A stretch of DNA of 63,911 nucleotides, the filler included, from Lenisia limosa (Eukaryota > Protista > Breviatea): the NCBI GenBank assembly GCA_001655205.1. It is 15 parts of 15 records of this genome, joined end to end, with 100 filler letters (N's around TTAATTAATTAA, not from the genome) between each part and the next. Parts side by side here need not be neighbours in the genome. Positions count along the whole stretch, not along the records: positions 2,930 to 14,065 come from LPNZ01005353.1; positions 14,166 to 17,981 come from LPNZ01011151.1; positions 18,082 to 22,182 come from LPNZ01000399.1; positions 22,283 to 24,422 come from LPNZ01009865.1; 11 more parts are not named here. One strand, written 5' to 3'. A model generated the notes under the pieces. That model made no database searches. It worked only from the letters and a program-made list of their open reading frames with translations, and was not told the DNA's origin. The position numbers and the translations under genes are program-made. Positions 10,812 to 22,482 of the stretch are shown piece after piece; the stretch's first letter is position 1; the number at the start of each line of letters is the position of its first letter.

Positions 10812-13800
10812 ATGGGGAAAGAGGTGAAACGTCAAACTAAGCATATTCCTGAGGATAATGAGATCTCAGAAACCCCCTCCCATAAGCTGGACGGTTCTGA
10901 TTTGAGTAAGTGGGGCGTTGAAGGCTTTGCTGATCTAGACCCCCTTATATCTTCTTAATGGATATAATTGTTCTCATTGTAGAGAACGGATAGTTTTTTG
11001 GCAATTCAATTTTTTGCTTTTGTCACAGAGGTCTTATTCTGCCCAGCTTACTGCAAGGACCTTGCTGAAAAGCATGGAGGACATCTTCTCTTTGCTGCAG
11101 ACGTTGAAAAGGTCAAACATGACAAGACAGAAACTAGGTAAGCCTCTTTCTGAATTGATCCCCATGCCAAAACTGTTTAATTTCGCTAATAATCAAGATT
11201 AATCGTGGTTTCGCACTATCGGCTCTTAACCCTGAAAAGGGGAGTCATGAACCGCCTCTCTGTAAGCCGTCTCGTCTCTTCTGGGATTTTTTTTTATCAC
11301 ATTTCGACTCACCTAAGTAGATTCGGAGAGATTTCCATATTCTTGACCTTGTTGAGATCACTTCCAACGCTCCCAATCAGGTTAGAGCCCTTCTTTTCTA
11401 CCGCATTTTTCGGGCGTGGCAACTTCTTTTTTTTTCAATACACTGAGTTTTAATCACGTTTTAGCACTTGTGCACTTTTATTCTTTCAAAGCGGCCTTCC
11501 CTTTTGCAATATCTTCTATGATTGCTTTTTTTATGCCATTTGCTAAAGTTGTGATTTTCTCTGGTTGTGTCTGGCTTTTCTCAAATAGGAATGGAATTCG
11601 TGATTTCTTGACACTGACACAGGCTTCTCACCCAATGTCATTATTAAGTCAATTCTGTCATCTTTTTTTATTCCAGTTGAATTTTGTTCTGGCAACACAT
11701 GTCCCTGATTGTGCACCCCAAAATTTTTGAACATACTTTTTCTTGTACTCGACAGGCAAGTTGAGATACTGTTTTCTATTAGTTTTACTGTGGTAAACAA
11801 CATTCCCGCAAATGTTCCTCAAATGACTAATTGGAGGATTCCTTGATTTCCGTTTTTCTTACGCTTACGTTCAAGTGTCGAATTGAGTTCCAGCCCCGCG
11901 ACGGAGAAAAAGATGCTATGATTGATATCCGCTCTCCTTATGGTTTGCGGGGGGGGGGTAAAAGAATGATGATGTGGAGCGTTATTTGCCAAACAAAGCC
12001 TTCAAATCCCCTTTAACTTCCCTTCCATCTGTGTCCTGAATTCATGCTGCAATTGATCAACTTGTTTTATTTTGTTTTCACGAATAAACAGTGTTGCTTG
12101 TCAACGTTCATATATTTTCCAATTTACCCCCCTCCAGCTGACGAGATTGTTCTCTGTCTCCGCCGTTCATTTGCCCGTCTCTCCTATGGCTTCCCCATTA
12201 CCGCAAAGTACCGCTTCGACTATCCCGAGGAGAGACAGCTCCCCTTCAAGCTCCCAAGTTTGCTGGCCTACCGCTTTCGAGAAAAAGAATGATCTTGGAA
12301 TACTAAAGTCAGACTCGAGATTTCCGTTTGAGCGTTATACTTAGAAATACCCTCTTTCATTGTACGCTTTTTCGATAGTCTATCACAGTATGGTGAAAGG
12401 ATTCCCCTGCGTTCTTCACAGTATTTGTCTCAGTAGCTGGATAGCCCTTTGTTCAACACAGTATTTGTCTCAATAGCTGGATTCCCTTGCGTCACCTTTT
12501 AAATTTATGTGTGTCAGAGCTACATTTCTTGTTTTTTTTTAAAAAAGGAATTCAGAAACTCCAGTTTCTTCACCCCCTCAGAGGTAGCCAACTACAGTAA
12601 CTTCCTTCATATGTGTGACGCCGCGTGTGACAAGTTCCAAGAGCAGTGGGGGGGGGGGGGNNNNNNNNNNNNNNNNNNNNNNNNNNNNNNNNNNNNNNNN
12701 NNNNNNNNNNNNNNNNNNNNNNNNNNNNNNNNNNNNNNNNNNNNNNNNNNNNNNNNNNNNNNNNNNNNNNNNNNNNNNNNNNNNNNNNNNNNNNNNNNNN
12801 NNNNNNNNNNNNNNNNNNNNNNNNNNNNNNNNNNNNNNNNNNNNNNNNNNNNNNNNNNNNNNNNNNNNNNNNNNNNNNNNNNNNNNNNNNNNNNNNNNNN
12901 NNNNNNNNGGCACGGTTCTCGACCTCACGCTACTGCATAAGAAACTCGTGGGAGTGTACCTTCTCATGAAGTGGTTTATGAAATGTAATTAGTTTTTATA
13001 TTATTGAAATCCACTCCTTGCTTTGAAATAATCAAGATCCTCTTGTGTTCTTTTTCAGATGTTCGCTGAGGTGTTCTATTTCTCAATACTTACCAAACAG
13101 GGTGACGACCTTCCCGTTAAGGCAATTGGCATGGCCCTCAGACACAACAACTACTGGACTGAAGTGGGCTTCTTTCTATTGCTTTGTTTGGCGTTTTAGA
13201 ATTTTGTTTCGTGATTAGTACCTTGACACTGATGCTCTTCATCGAAATGACCTGAAAGGTACTCCTGCGGGAAGTATCAATTCCTTCAGCCGCCTCCGCC
13301 ATCCTTACCGGCCTTCTGCAGTACAACGTCACCGTCACCAAGGTACCAGGGCCTACGCTGTGTTAAAATGCCTTCGTAGAGTGGTTGCTTGTTTTGTTAT
13401 TTTTTCATCAGCATGCCTCACGTTCAAGGCTTACAAGCGGTCCATTTTTGTCACTCTACCTACTCATACTATCTTCATCTCTCACACATTCACTCCTGTT
13501 GATTTTTGTTTTTTGCTTCATAAATATGCCACTTTACCCCACCCCCTCACCCCAGATTGACTTCGAGCGCATTGACGCGGTGGAGGGTTGGCAGCAGGCC
13601 ATGGACGGCTTCAAAATGAACACCAAATCCGCCCTGAAGTACCTCAATGTCTCCAACAACAAGATCAAGGACAAGCCGATCACTACCCTTGCCCAAGGTC
13701 TGTTGAGAGCAAGACATTATACCATAAACTAGACTACATGGGTTTATGCGGCTGTTTTCAGTGTTCCTTTTAAACTTCTGCCGTATGTTGGGCGATGATG

Positions 13801-14065
13801 ACATGATAATCACTTTTCACCAATACTCTTCACTGAGCTTTCCTTCCGTTTAAATAAAATTGGAAAATTTATGCTGCAAAAAGCCCAAATCAACTCTGGA
13901 ATACAGATCTTAGAATAAGGAATTATGAGGTTAACCCTGAAACACAGACTGTCGGTAGTTATGGACCCAAGCGAAGAGCGTCAATAACTTCCACCCCAGC
14001 CCTGCAAGCTCAGGAGACGCCAGAGTTCCAGGACCTGCTCTTCAAGGGCATCGGCGGCGGCGCCA
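10812..14065 (+). CDS. CARMIL-like PH plus leucine-rich-repeat protein (5' part)
   Basis: ATG at 10812; exons give HLLFAADVEKVKHDKTETR-LIVVSHYRLLTLK (PH-like), IVLCLRRSFARLSYGFP, YSNFLHMCDAACD, VKAIGMALRHNNYW, LKYLNVSNNKIKDKPITTLAQG (RNI-type LRR). This order of motifs matches the CARMIL/LRRC16 N-terminus. Divergent from the MACPF gene across ~450 bp. Confidence 0.7.
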
Positions 14066-14265
14066 NNNNNNNNNNNNNNNNNNNNNNNNNNNNNNNNNNN
14101 NNNNNNNNNTTAATTAATTAANNNNNNNNNNNNNNNNNNNNNNNNNNNNNNNNNNNNNNNNNNNNGACACGTGTACCCCCTTCCTCTTCCGCCCCGCGCC
14201 TGGTTGGGGGGTTTTGTTGTTTCTACAGATATATTATAGATAAATGTATCGATATTCATTAACAT

Positions 14266-14358
14266 TAGGGTTTCACTTCAGTTCAAAAAAGACCAGTAAT
14301 AGTTTTCGAAGATTTATCAAGATATTCAGTCTTTTTTTCGAACCGAAGTGAAGCCCTA
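14266..14358. mobile_element. Family A hAT-like MITE
   Basis: TAGGGTTTCACTTCAGTTC...GAACCGAAGTGAAGCCCTA; flanks attaacat/ataatcat (6/8 match). Confidence 0.85.
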
Positions 14359-14929
14359 ATAATCATATATAGTATATATTCTACTTCAGATCTGGTATCC
14401 CCGCGACCACTACCCACTCTAGTTTTAACATGGGTTGCTCTTGTTCTGTTTTTTTTCTTGTTGTTGTTTAGAGTTTGTTTTTGTTGTTGTTTGGAGTTTC
14501 TCCCAGTGTTTTTCTTCTTTTCTTTTCTTGTTTTGTTTCATCAATTTTCCATTTTATCTCACCCCCCCCCNNNNNNNNNNNNNNNNNNNNNNNNNNNNNN
14601 NNNNNNNNNNNNNNNNNNNNNNNNNNNNNNNNNNNNNNNNNNNNNNNNNNNNNNNNNNNNNNNNNNNNNNNNNNNNNNNNNNNNNNNNNNNNNNNNNNNN
14701 NNNNNNNNNNNNNNNNNNNNNNCATCAATTTTCACTAGAGCATGGTGGGGGAGGGGGTACAAGGATATAATTTTTATTATTATTTAACTTTTTGATAGCA
14801 TGAAGAATATATATTTAGAACATTGTCAGTTTACGTTATTGATAATCTCGAGAAACAAATCGACAAACAGTGAAACAACACTATCGTTACAAACCTCTGA
14901 TTTATATCACCCTTTTCACAACCTTTATA

Positions 14930-15025
14930 TAGGGCTTCACTTCGGTTCGAAAAAAGACTAAATGTCTCGATAAATCCTCGAAATCTATCGATGTTTTACC
15001 GGTCTCGAACCGAAGTGAAGCCCTA
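14930..15025. mobile_element. Family A hAT-like MITE with perfect 8-bp TSD
   Basis: TIR TAGGGCTTCACTTCGGTTCGA...TCGAACCGAAGTGAAGCCCTA; CCTTTATA at 14922-14929 and 15026-15033. Confidence 0.92.
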
Positions 15026-15530
15026 CCTTTATAAGAGATGGTCGGTTGATTTTCAGCAGTTTTAATGAAACTAGTACCCCATTTTTAATTTTGATTCCCA
15101 GATTTTTCCGTTTCACTCTTACCCAACTTTATTTGTTTTGTTTCCCAAATGCTAGCCAACAGAGTCGATTAGAGGACTTTTTTTACAGTTTCCATTTTTC
15201 ATCCTCCCCCCCCCCTCCTCTTGGTTTTTTGTTTCATAAATCATCCATATTGACTTCCTAGCAACATCCCGAAGATTTTCTTTCTAGAGTACCCTCTCCC
15301 TTCACGAGCGTTTGTTTCTTATTATGGTATGTGTGCGATGATGATGATCATGATGTAAACGCAGGTCCGTAAACAGTAAGCCAGATTGTCACCTCGGAGT
15401 TTTGTTCATTGCATGCAGAGGCGAACGAAAGACCTCTTGTAACTAGTTCTTTGNNNNNNNNNNNNNNNNNNNNNNNNNNNNNNNNNNNNNNNNNNNNNNN
15501 NNNNNNNNNNNNNNTTTTTACATCCTTCAG

Positions 15531-17723
15531 GCCGCGAGTATTTTGCCGAACCGCATCTTCCCACCTGCTTCCCTACACTCTCCCTCATCTTCAAGTCTCT
15601 TCTAGTAGACACCGTGCTTCATAAATGTGGGGCTGTTATATATTGTAGGGCCCCGTGCAATTATTTTGTTTTTGAAGAAAATAGTTGATAAAATTTCATA
15701 AAATGTCTTTGAAATTAATTGCACGGAGCACTGTATTTAAGCTTCACTTCCGTCCGTCAAAAACTGGCAAATCGACAATTTTCGAGGATTTATCGAGAAA
15801 TTCAGTCTTTTTGGACAGATAATTGTATTATTCGTAAATGATTACAAGATTACTCGTAGTATTTCTTTTACTAATGGATTGGCTGAATGAATATTAACAA
15901 TAATCCAACATTTTAGCATGATGTTGACAGCTTCGGAAAGATACAACTTTTTTTTGTGTGTCATCTCTATGTTATCTGATATATACATATATGTTATCTG
16001 CTTTAATCTTGTAGCACTGTGCTTCCTTATCACGCTGAGAAAATTCGCCTTTGCCTTCATACCCTTGGAGGTTTATGTGGGNNNNNNNNNNNNNNNNNNN
16101 NNNNNNNNNNNNNNNNNNNNNNNNNNNNNNNNNNNNNNNNNNNNNNNNNNNNNNNNNNNNNNNNNNNNNNNNNNNNNNNNATTGATATAATTGTGTATTG
16201 ATGGCTACTATTTAGATAGCAAATATGATATGTTACAATCCCCGTCAGTATATTTTGCATACATACTACAATCCTTACAGTTCAGGTGGATGGAAAAGGC
16301 TTGCCCCAACTACTCATCGCTTCCCGCTCATTTGTCGCTTGTAAATCTCGTGGTCTTTCTCTCTCTGAGGTTGGATTGGGAGGGGGGGTCTTTCAAGACT
16401 AGGTTTTTTTGTTTCAATTTTCTATTTTTACGGCGTCGTGTGTTGTCAACCAACAAAGTTGATTTTGGGCTTTTTTGTTTCATAAATTTTCCGATTTTAC
16501 TCCCCCCNNNNNNNNNNNNNNNNNNNNNNNNNNNNNNNNNNNNNNNNNNNNNNNNNNNNNNNNNNNNNNNNNNNNNNNNNNNNNNNNNNNNNNNNNNNNN
16601 NNNNNNNNNNNNNNNNNNNNNNNNNNNNNNNNNNNNNNNNNNNNNNNNNNNNNNNNNNNNNNNNNNNNNNGGTGACTGTGAACAAAACGAAACAGTCCGG
16701 CAGCCTGCCCTTCGATCTTGATGATAAGTTGCCCGTAATTGAAAAGGGGCATCATTTGATCCAGAGGAATCCGACGTCTACCGACTTCTATGCTCTTCAT
16801 GCTTGTAAAGGGGGATGTGCTCTTCGTGCTTATAAAGGGAGGGGTCCCCATAAATCTCCATTTTTTTCAACCCCCCCCCCCCCNNNNNNNNNNNNNNNNN
16901 NNNNNNNNNNNNNNNNNNNNNNNNNNNNNNNNNNNNNNNNNNNNNNNNNNNNNNNNNNNNNNNNNNNNNNNNNNNNNNNNNNNNNNNNNAAGGTGATTCT
17001 AGGGTTTTTTTTTTTGTTTGTTTATTTGTTTATTTCGTAAATTTACCAATTTTATGTACTATATCAGCTTTTGTCACCCACTTCCCCCAGATATCAGCAG
17101 CTTCAGTGACACAGGGGCTGTAGGAGCCCTCGCAGCTGGATGGCTTCCTGAGTCCTCACGTCCATGCCTTTCCTACCACTACGCCGGGCTTGAGTTTCAA
17201 GTGGGCCGTCTTTATGTTTTCCTATTTAGTTCACATGTAGTTCGTGCGATTAATTGGAAATTATTTTGAATATTTGAAGTGCAACACATTGTAATGAGAA
17301 CGCCATCAGGCGCTTTCTGTTAAAAATTTTTGTAAATACGATTAACTGCACGGAATCTTCTGTGATGCCTTAGAATGGTGATGTGAATTCAGATAAGGGC
17401 TTCACTTCGGTCAAAAAAGACCGGTAAAATATTGATAGTTTTCGAGGATTTATTGAGAGAAATTCAGTCTTTTTTTGAACCGAAGTGAAGCCCTAATTCA
17501 AATGGATTTGGAATTCTCTCTTATCCATTGCAACCAATATGCTTCAATATCTCTTATAAACACAAGATGAACCTCATTATTTTCTATTCCATCCATTCCA
17601 ATCTGAAACCGTAAATTGTTATCTTTTCCACCAACTATTTAGACGGTTTTGGTTCAGCATCCCCTGGCGCTTCCCCCTGGTGATATCGACACGTTGTTTG
17701 GAGAATCGAAAATCCCCTTATTG
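15531..17723 (+). CDS. Hypothetical multi-exon protein (fragments)
   Basis: Open segments bounded by AG/GT: GREYFAEPHLPTCFP; VQVDGKGLPQLLIASRSFVA; VTVNKTKQSGSLPFDLDDKLP...; DISSFSDTGAVGALAAGWLPESSRPCLSYHYAGLEFQ; TVLVQHPLALPPGDIDTLFG. No family recognised. Confidence 0.4.
15646..15733. mobile_element. Family G MITE (TAG(G/A)GC...CCGTGCAATT ends)
   Basis: TAGGGCCCCGTGCAATTATT...AATTAATTGCACGGAGCAC inverted ends; related copies at 17238-17352 and 41636-41700. Confidence 0.65.
16432..16507 (+). repeat. Family B repeat, sense, ending in a C-run before a gap
   Basis: CGTCGTGTGTTGTCAACCAACAAAGTTGATTTTGGGC...CATAAATTTTCCGATTTTACTCCCCCC. Confidence 0.88.
17395..17495. mobile_element. Family A hAT-like MITE
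   Basis: Full inverted ends; flanks attcagat/attcaaat (7/8 match). Confidence 0.9.
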
Positions 17724-17834
17724 GTAAGAGGGCTGTTGTTTTGAAAATTACGATATTTTACCGGTCTTTTTCGGACCGTAGGGAAGCCCTAATTATATAT
17801 TTATCACCCTCCTTCCTATATTATACACCAACCA

Positions 17835-17981
17835 TAGGGAGGCACGCAGAAAGTTGTGTGCACATAAGACAAATGATGGGGTGAATTAATATTATACTTT
17901 AATTCAATATCTCTTATAAGCGTGATAGTGTGGGGCGGCTTCAGTCAGATACAACCTTATTTTTTTTTATTTCTCATTGCT
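17835..17981 (+). repeat. Family C repeat
   Basis: Colinear with 5741-5891. Confidence 0.88.
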
Positions 17982-18141
17982 NNNNNNNNNNNNNNNNNNN
18001 NNNNNNNNNNNNNNNNNNNNNNNNNTTAATTAATTAANNNNNNNNNNNNNNNNNNNNNNNNNNNNNNNNNNNNNNNNNNNNTCATAAATGACACGGTTTC
18101 TCATAAATGACACGGTTTCCGTGCAGCAGCATATATATATA

Positions 18142-18276
18142 GAGATAAGAAGTACAAATTGTATCTGGCTGAAGCCATCCACCATCGTCTATAACAGATA
18201 TTGGATTATAGTAATAAAATAAATCACCCAGTCATTTGCCTTACAACTCTTTGTACACAGCTTTCTGCGTACCTCC
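18142..18276 (-). repeat. Family C repeat
   Basis: Reverse-complement match to 5741-5891. Confidence 0.85.
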
Positions 18277-18380
18277 ATAATCCGTTGGCAAACCTGGTCT
18301 TTTGGGGGCTGTTGCCAGTTTGATCTACGACCAGCCTCACGACGAGGCTAATTCGGAAGTAAAAAGAAATCCACGGATAC

Positions 18381-18478
18381 TAGAGCTTCCCAACAGTCCA
18401 AAAAAGATGGGGCAAATATCGATATTTATCGAGGATTTATCGAGAAATTCCGTCTTTTTAGGACCACAGGTAAGTCCA
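18381..18478. mobile_element. Family A2 MITE (degenerate)
   Basis: TAGAGCTTCCCAACAGTCC...ATATCGATATTTATCGAGGATTTATCGAGAAATTCCGTCTTTTTAGGACC shares the family A core. Confidence 0.75.
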
Positions 18479-18711
18479 AATAATAATATTATGTGTAGTA
18501 TCGGATATGGAATAATCATGTCGGAATTTAACGATAAGATAGACCCATTAATTTCCAAATAAAATCTTGGAATGCCCTGCTCCCACCCCCACCCCTTTTC
18601 TTTCCCTTATGACAACTACCAGTCCTCCTGACCCAGAATATCGCTATTATTGGGGATTTAAGCACAGTAGCAATGCCCTTTTATGTGGTTGTGTTTTGTC
18701 AAAGAAATTAC

Positions 18712-20253
18712 AATCTCGGCCGCCCACAGTTCCAGCACTGTCATCTTCAAGTGACGGGAAAGACATTGCGGCGGCGGCGGCTCTTTCATCCGCGGAAATG
18801 TCTGCAGTGCGATTAAATTATGTCATTCTAGTTAAACGTAGAGATCAGAAATAAAAATAGGCGGTATCAGGCCGTCCACACCATCACGCTTGGTAGACGA
18901 TATGACATAATATAATTTATCTCATAGTATACATAATATTTGTACCGATTGTGTTCAAAATAATGTAAGGTCAAAATATTTCAAAGAAAGATCAAAAAAA
19001 AAAAAAAATATTAACATTTATTGATGATCTAGTGGAATGGATCTTGAACGAAATTTAAGGATATCATTATTATGCCAGTATAATATTGATTAATTGTGTT
19101 AATTCACAAATTGCTTGCAATTACAATATGATATTGCTTGAAATGCCCAGAAACACCCAGAGTAACCAGGCAATATACTGAGTTTGGCTTCATTACACAA
19201 TAAAAAAGCCTTTGCTAACCTGTTGTATCCAGCTTGGTTAAGCTGGGGAGCATTTTGACAACAAAAGGCCTGTACATCTCGCTTTGAGCGCATGGATTGT
19301 CTTGGAGAGAGAGGACTGACATGTGATTCAAGCCCTGCGGGGTTAAAATTTATCATGAGAAATTATATTGATTTTTAGATTGGAATTTAGAGATGAGAAA
19401 TATAACAAGGCGGAATCTGGCCAAAGCCGTCCACACCATCACGTTTATAACGGATATTACGAGTGCAGGTAGCCCCCTCCCCCCCTCCAAAAACTCAGCC
19501 TACTTTGAGATGGCAAATTTCCTTGAGTTCACTGACATGGTTTTTTCGTAAGTAAAGTTCCCTCAACTTGGTACCTGCGTGTTAAAGATGCAAAATGACA
19601 ATGAAATTCTCAGTACAAATGCATGACGGTAAGACTTGTCAAACAATGACTGATAATTAGGGATTTCTCACGGGCAAAAAAGCCTGGTAAAGTTGTATTA
19701 GATCTAGAAATTCAGTCTTTGGTAGGTCATTAGCACTATATTAAAAAGGTGGATCCTTTATCCCAATAAACAAATAAAACTTTCCACCAACAGGAAGCAA
19801 AATCAGCCAGGGATGAGATTTGGTTTACACTAAATTGTCACAAACATCAAAACAACAGCGATCGTGAAAAGCGTATTGCTTACCTCAGTGAAACAACTTC
19901 GACATTAGGGCAGCGGTGGATGATGGAAATCTGTCGACATGAAAACAAACAATCAATTAAAATGATAACTGAACGATTTCCTCCGAAACATTACGTGTAA
20001 AAAGGATAATGAGATATTTTGAATTCAGCTTCAACTGCAAAGATCGCTGTAAAAGGACCGGAAATCTTGATATCTATTCTAGCATGGCCTATATCCAAGA
20101 GTTTAAGTTCAACATCATTCATTTTCGTGCTGAAAGGCCACCCCCACAAACGTCAGAGAGATCGTTGCCCCAGACGTTGAGCTTCACCGTGTCTTCCAGG
20201 GTGCCGTGGTTCTTCTTCCGCATCATGATCATTTGCTCGGTTAATGGTGCCAT
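18712..20253 (-). CDS. CFAP410: Cilia- and flagella-associated protein 410 (C21orf2) homologue
   Basis: Spliced product MAPLTEQMIMMRKK...VKLNVWGNDLSD-ISIIHRCPNVEVVSLSVNQISSLADFASC-TKLRELYLRKNHVSELKEICHLK-GLNHMSVLSLQDNPC...YRPFVVKMLPSLTKLDTT-DISADER follows the CFAP410 LRR plus LRRcap pattern. Probably continues to ~18290. Confidence 0.88.
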
Positions 20254-20558
20254 TTTGAAGGGATATGGTGAGCAAAGGGGAGAAAAATGATTTTTTTAGG
20301 GGCCAAATAGTGTGTACGATATTAGAGTAGTATAAAGCTGATCGTTTTCAGACTTGTTTCAGACTTCTTCCTCTCATTCTCTAACCCCAAGCAACTTCAT
20401 ATAACATAAACAAAGAGTTTAAAAGCAGTAGGCAACACTTTTCTAAATTCTGCCTTCAATTTGCCTCTTCACTCTTCCCCTTCCTTCAAGGCTCGCTGGT
20501 TCTTTTCATAAGCAAATGAAAAGTTAAAGAGTTAAAGTACATCAAGGATACGATCAAA

Positions 20559-21992
20559 ATGGGAACGTCCGCTGTTCCCCCAAAGGTAAGAAAGGAAGGT
20601 TCATTTCTCTTTAAAAGGCTTGCTCCTCTGGTGCCTTTGGTTTTTGGACACTGTATGATGGGATCCATTCCCCTTTCGAATCCCTTTGTGTTGTATATTC
20701 ATTTTTGTGTGTTGTATATTCCTTGTTCCCATCCTGTTGTGATATTTGGTCGTTTTATCTGTGTGATGATACATATGATCATCTTTGTGTGATAGTCTGA
20801 GCGTTTTGTGATATTGGTTGTTTTATGATAGTCTTTTTATGATATTGGCCTTTATGATATTGGTCTATGGTCTTTGTGACACGTATTAGCCGCAACCGCC
20901 CCAGGCTGCCCCAACCACTAGGACTGGACTGGTTCAACCAACAGGTTTGTCGGACGTCTCAAAATGCTTTAGATTAGTCATATTTTATCAGCAGCACACT
21001 CTCAAAATGCTTTGGCAATATGATATAACATAAATTGACATAGACTGACCGTGGTGAGTCTGGTGACCGAATTTCCTGAGGAGAAATCTGATTATATAAG
21101 TCAAGACCACCACGGCTACTGTATTTCCAACTATATGTGTGTATATGTGTTTGCTGTATGTTGCGTGATGTGTGTGAGTTTTTTAATTCAATAATACTAC
21201 ATCAAAAATCTGGGGAAACAAATAAGATACATAGATACCATAAAAACAAATTAAGGAAAGGGGAAATACATAAAACATCAATAGTGACAACTAAGAAAAC
21301 CTTTCTATTGTTCTTGAAAACAGAGAACACTAAATAGAATATTTCGATATGAAATGAATCATTGATAAAAAAAGGCGACAAAAAAAAGGCTTCAATGATT
21401 TATATTTCACTAATTGTTGATTTCAGCCCTTGCCTTACCCCTTTATTAATTACCCCCCTCCAGCCCCTTCAGGCCAGTTGCCAACCCGCGGGATCCCTTT
21501 TCACAACCATTTCACCGGCAGCACCCCAGCTCCTCCCGCCGCTTTCAATCCCGCCCTGAGGTAGGCTGAAGGAGTTTTGGGCTTGTTTGGAAAACTTTAA
21601 TTTTTTGATAAAAAAAAAGGCTTATCTTACAAATATAGCACATTTCCTTAACAATGGCCATATGATTTGCTTTTTTAAAACACTTCAGCGTATCCCTCCC
21701 ATCGCAACACTCCAACGTTTCTTCATCTGGTCTGTCACGCCCACCCCCTGTCGCTAATACGTATGTTGGGTTGAGTTTTATCATCATCATCATGCTAATA
21801 TCTATGCTGAGTTTGAGTTGTATAATCATCCTGGTTCTAAAACATACGCTGACCATGGTGCTTAACCACAGTCATGTTGGTTGTTTTTGTTTTTGTTTTT
21901 TTGGAGGGAGGGGGGGAGGAGGTGCTTCATATAAATAATCTATTTTCACACTATCAGGCCGAGAAGAAGCTCACCCCCACTCCTAGCACCGT
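20559..21992 (+). CDS. Proline-rich hypothetical protein (5' exons)
   Basis: ATG 20559 MGTSAVPPK|GT; AG/GT-bounded exons PQPPQAAPTTRTGLVQPT, APSGQLPTRGIPFHNHFTGSTPAPPAAFNPAL, AEKKLTPTPST; head-to-head with CFAP410 (~305 bp). Confidence 0.45.
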
Positions 21993-22028
21993 ATGAGGAT
22001 AAGGATGGCTCATTTATTTGTACTTTTT

Positions 22029-22182
22029 TCCAACAAAGTTGATTTTTGAGGGTTTTGTTTCATCCATTTTTAATTGCTTGTTTCAGGTATTCGGTTTGTG
22101 ATTAGTAGTACCTTTACTCCACTATTCTTCATCGAAATTTTCTTCGTTTTACTTGTTATCAACCCTCGTGTGTTGTCAGCCA
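22029..22182 (+). repeat. Stacked B (3' half), D and B (middle) repeat array
   Basis: CCAACAAAGTTGATTTTTGAGGG...; then TTTCAGGTATTCGGTTTGTGATTAGTAGTACCTTTAC...CATCGAAATTTTCTTCGTTTTAC; then TTATCAACCCTCGTGTGTTGTCAGCCA. Confidence 0.8.
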
Positions 22183-22482
22183 NNNNNNNNNNNNNNNNNN
22201 NNNNNNNNNNNNNNNNNNNNNNNNNNTTAATTAATTAANNNNNNNNNNNNNNNNNNNNNNNNNNNNNNNNNNNNNNNNNNNNTTTTTTTTTTTTTACTTT
22301 GGACGGAGAAAGTGATACACCTCAAATCGACTTTGTTTAGCACATTTAATGTCATTTTTTCTTCATTTTACTATTTCATTTCCAAAGCTCTATCTTTAGG
22401 CGAGTCATAGCTGGACTCTACAACCATTTCATCTCTTTTATGACACAAATACTCTAAATAACGAAGAGCTCTCTCTTGTTAG

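Noticed and set aside
11290-11803. Antisense protein-like frames inside a CARMIL intron
   Set aside because: Short, discontinuous and without a recognisable domain; cannot be supported as a nested gene.
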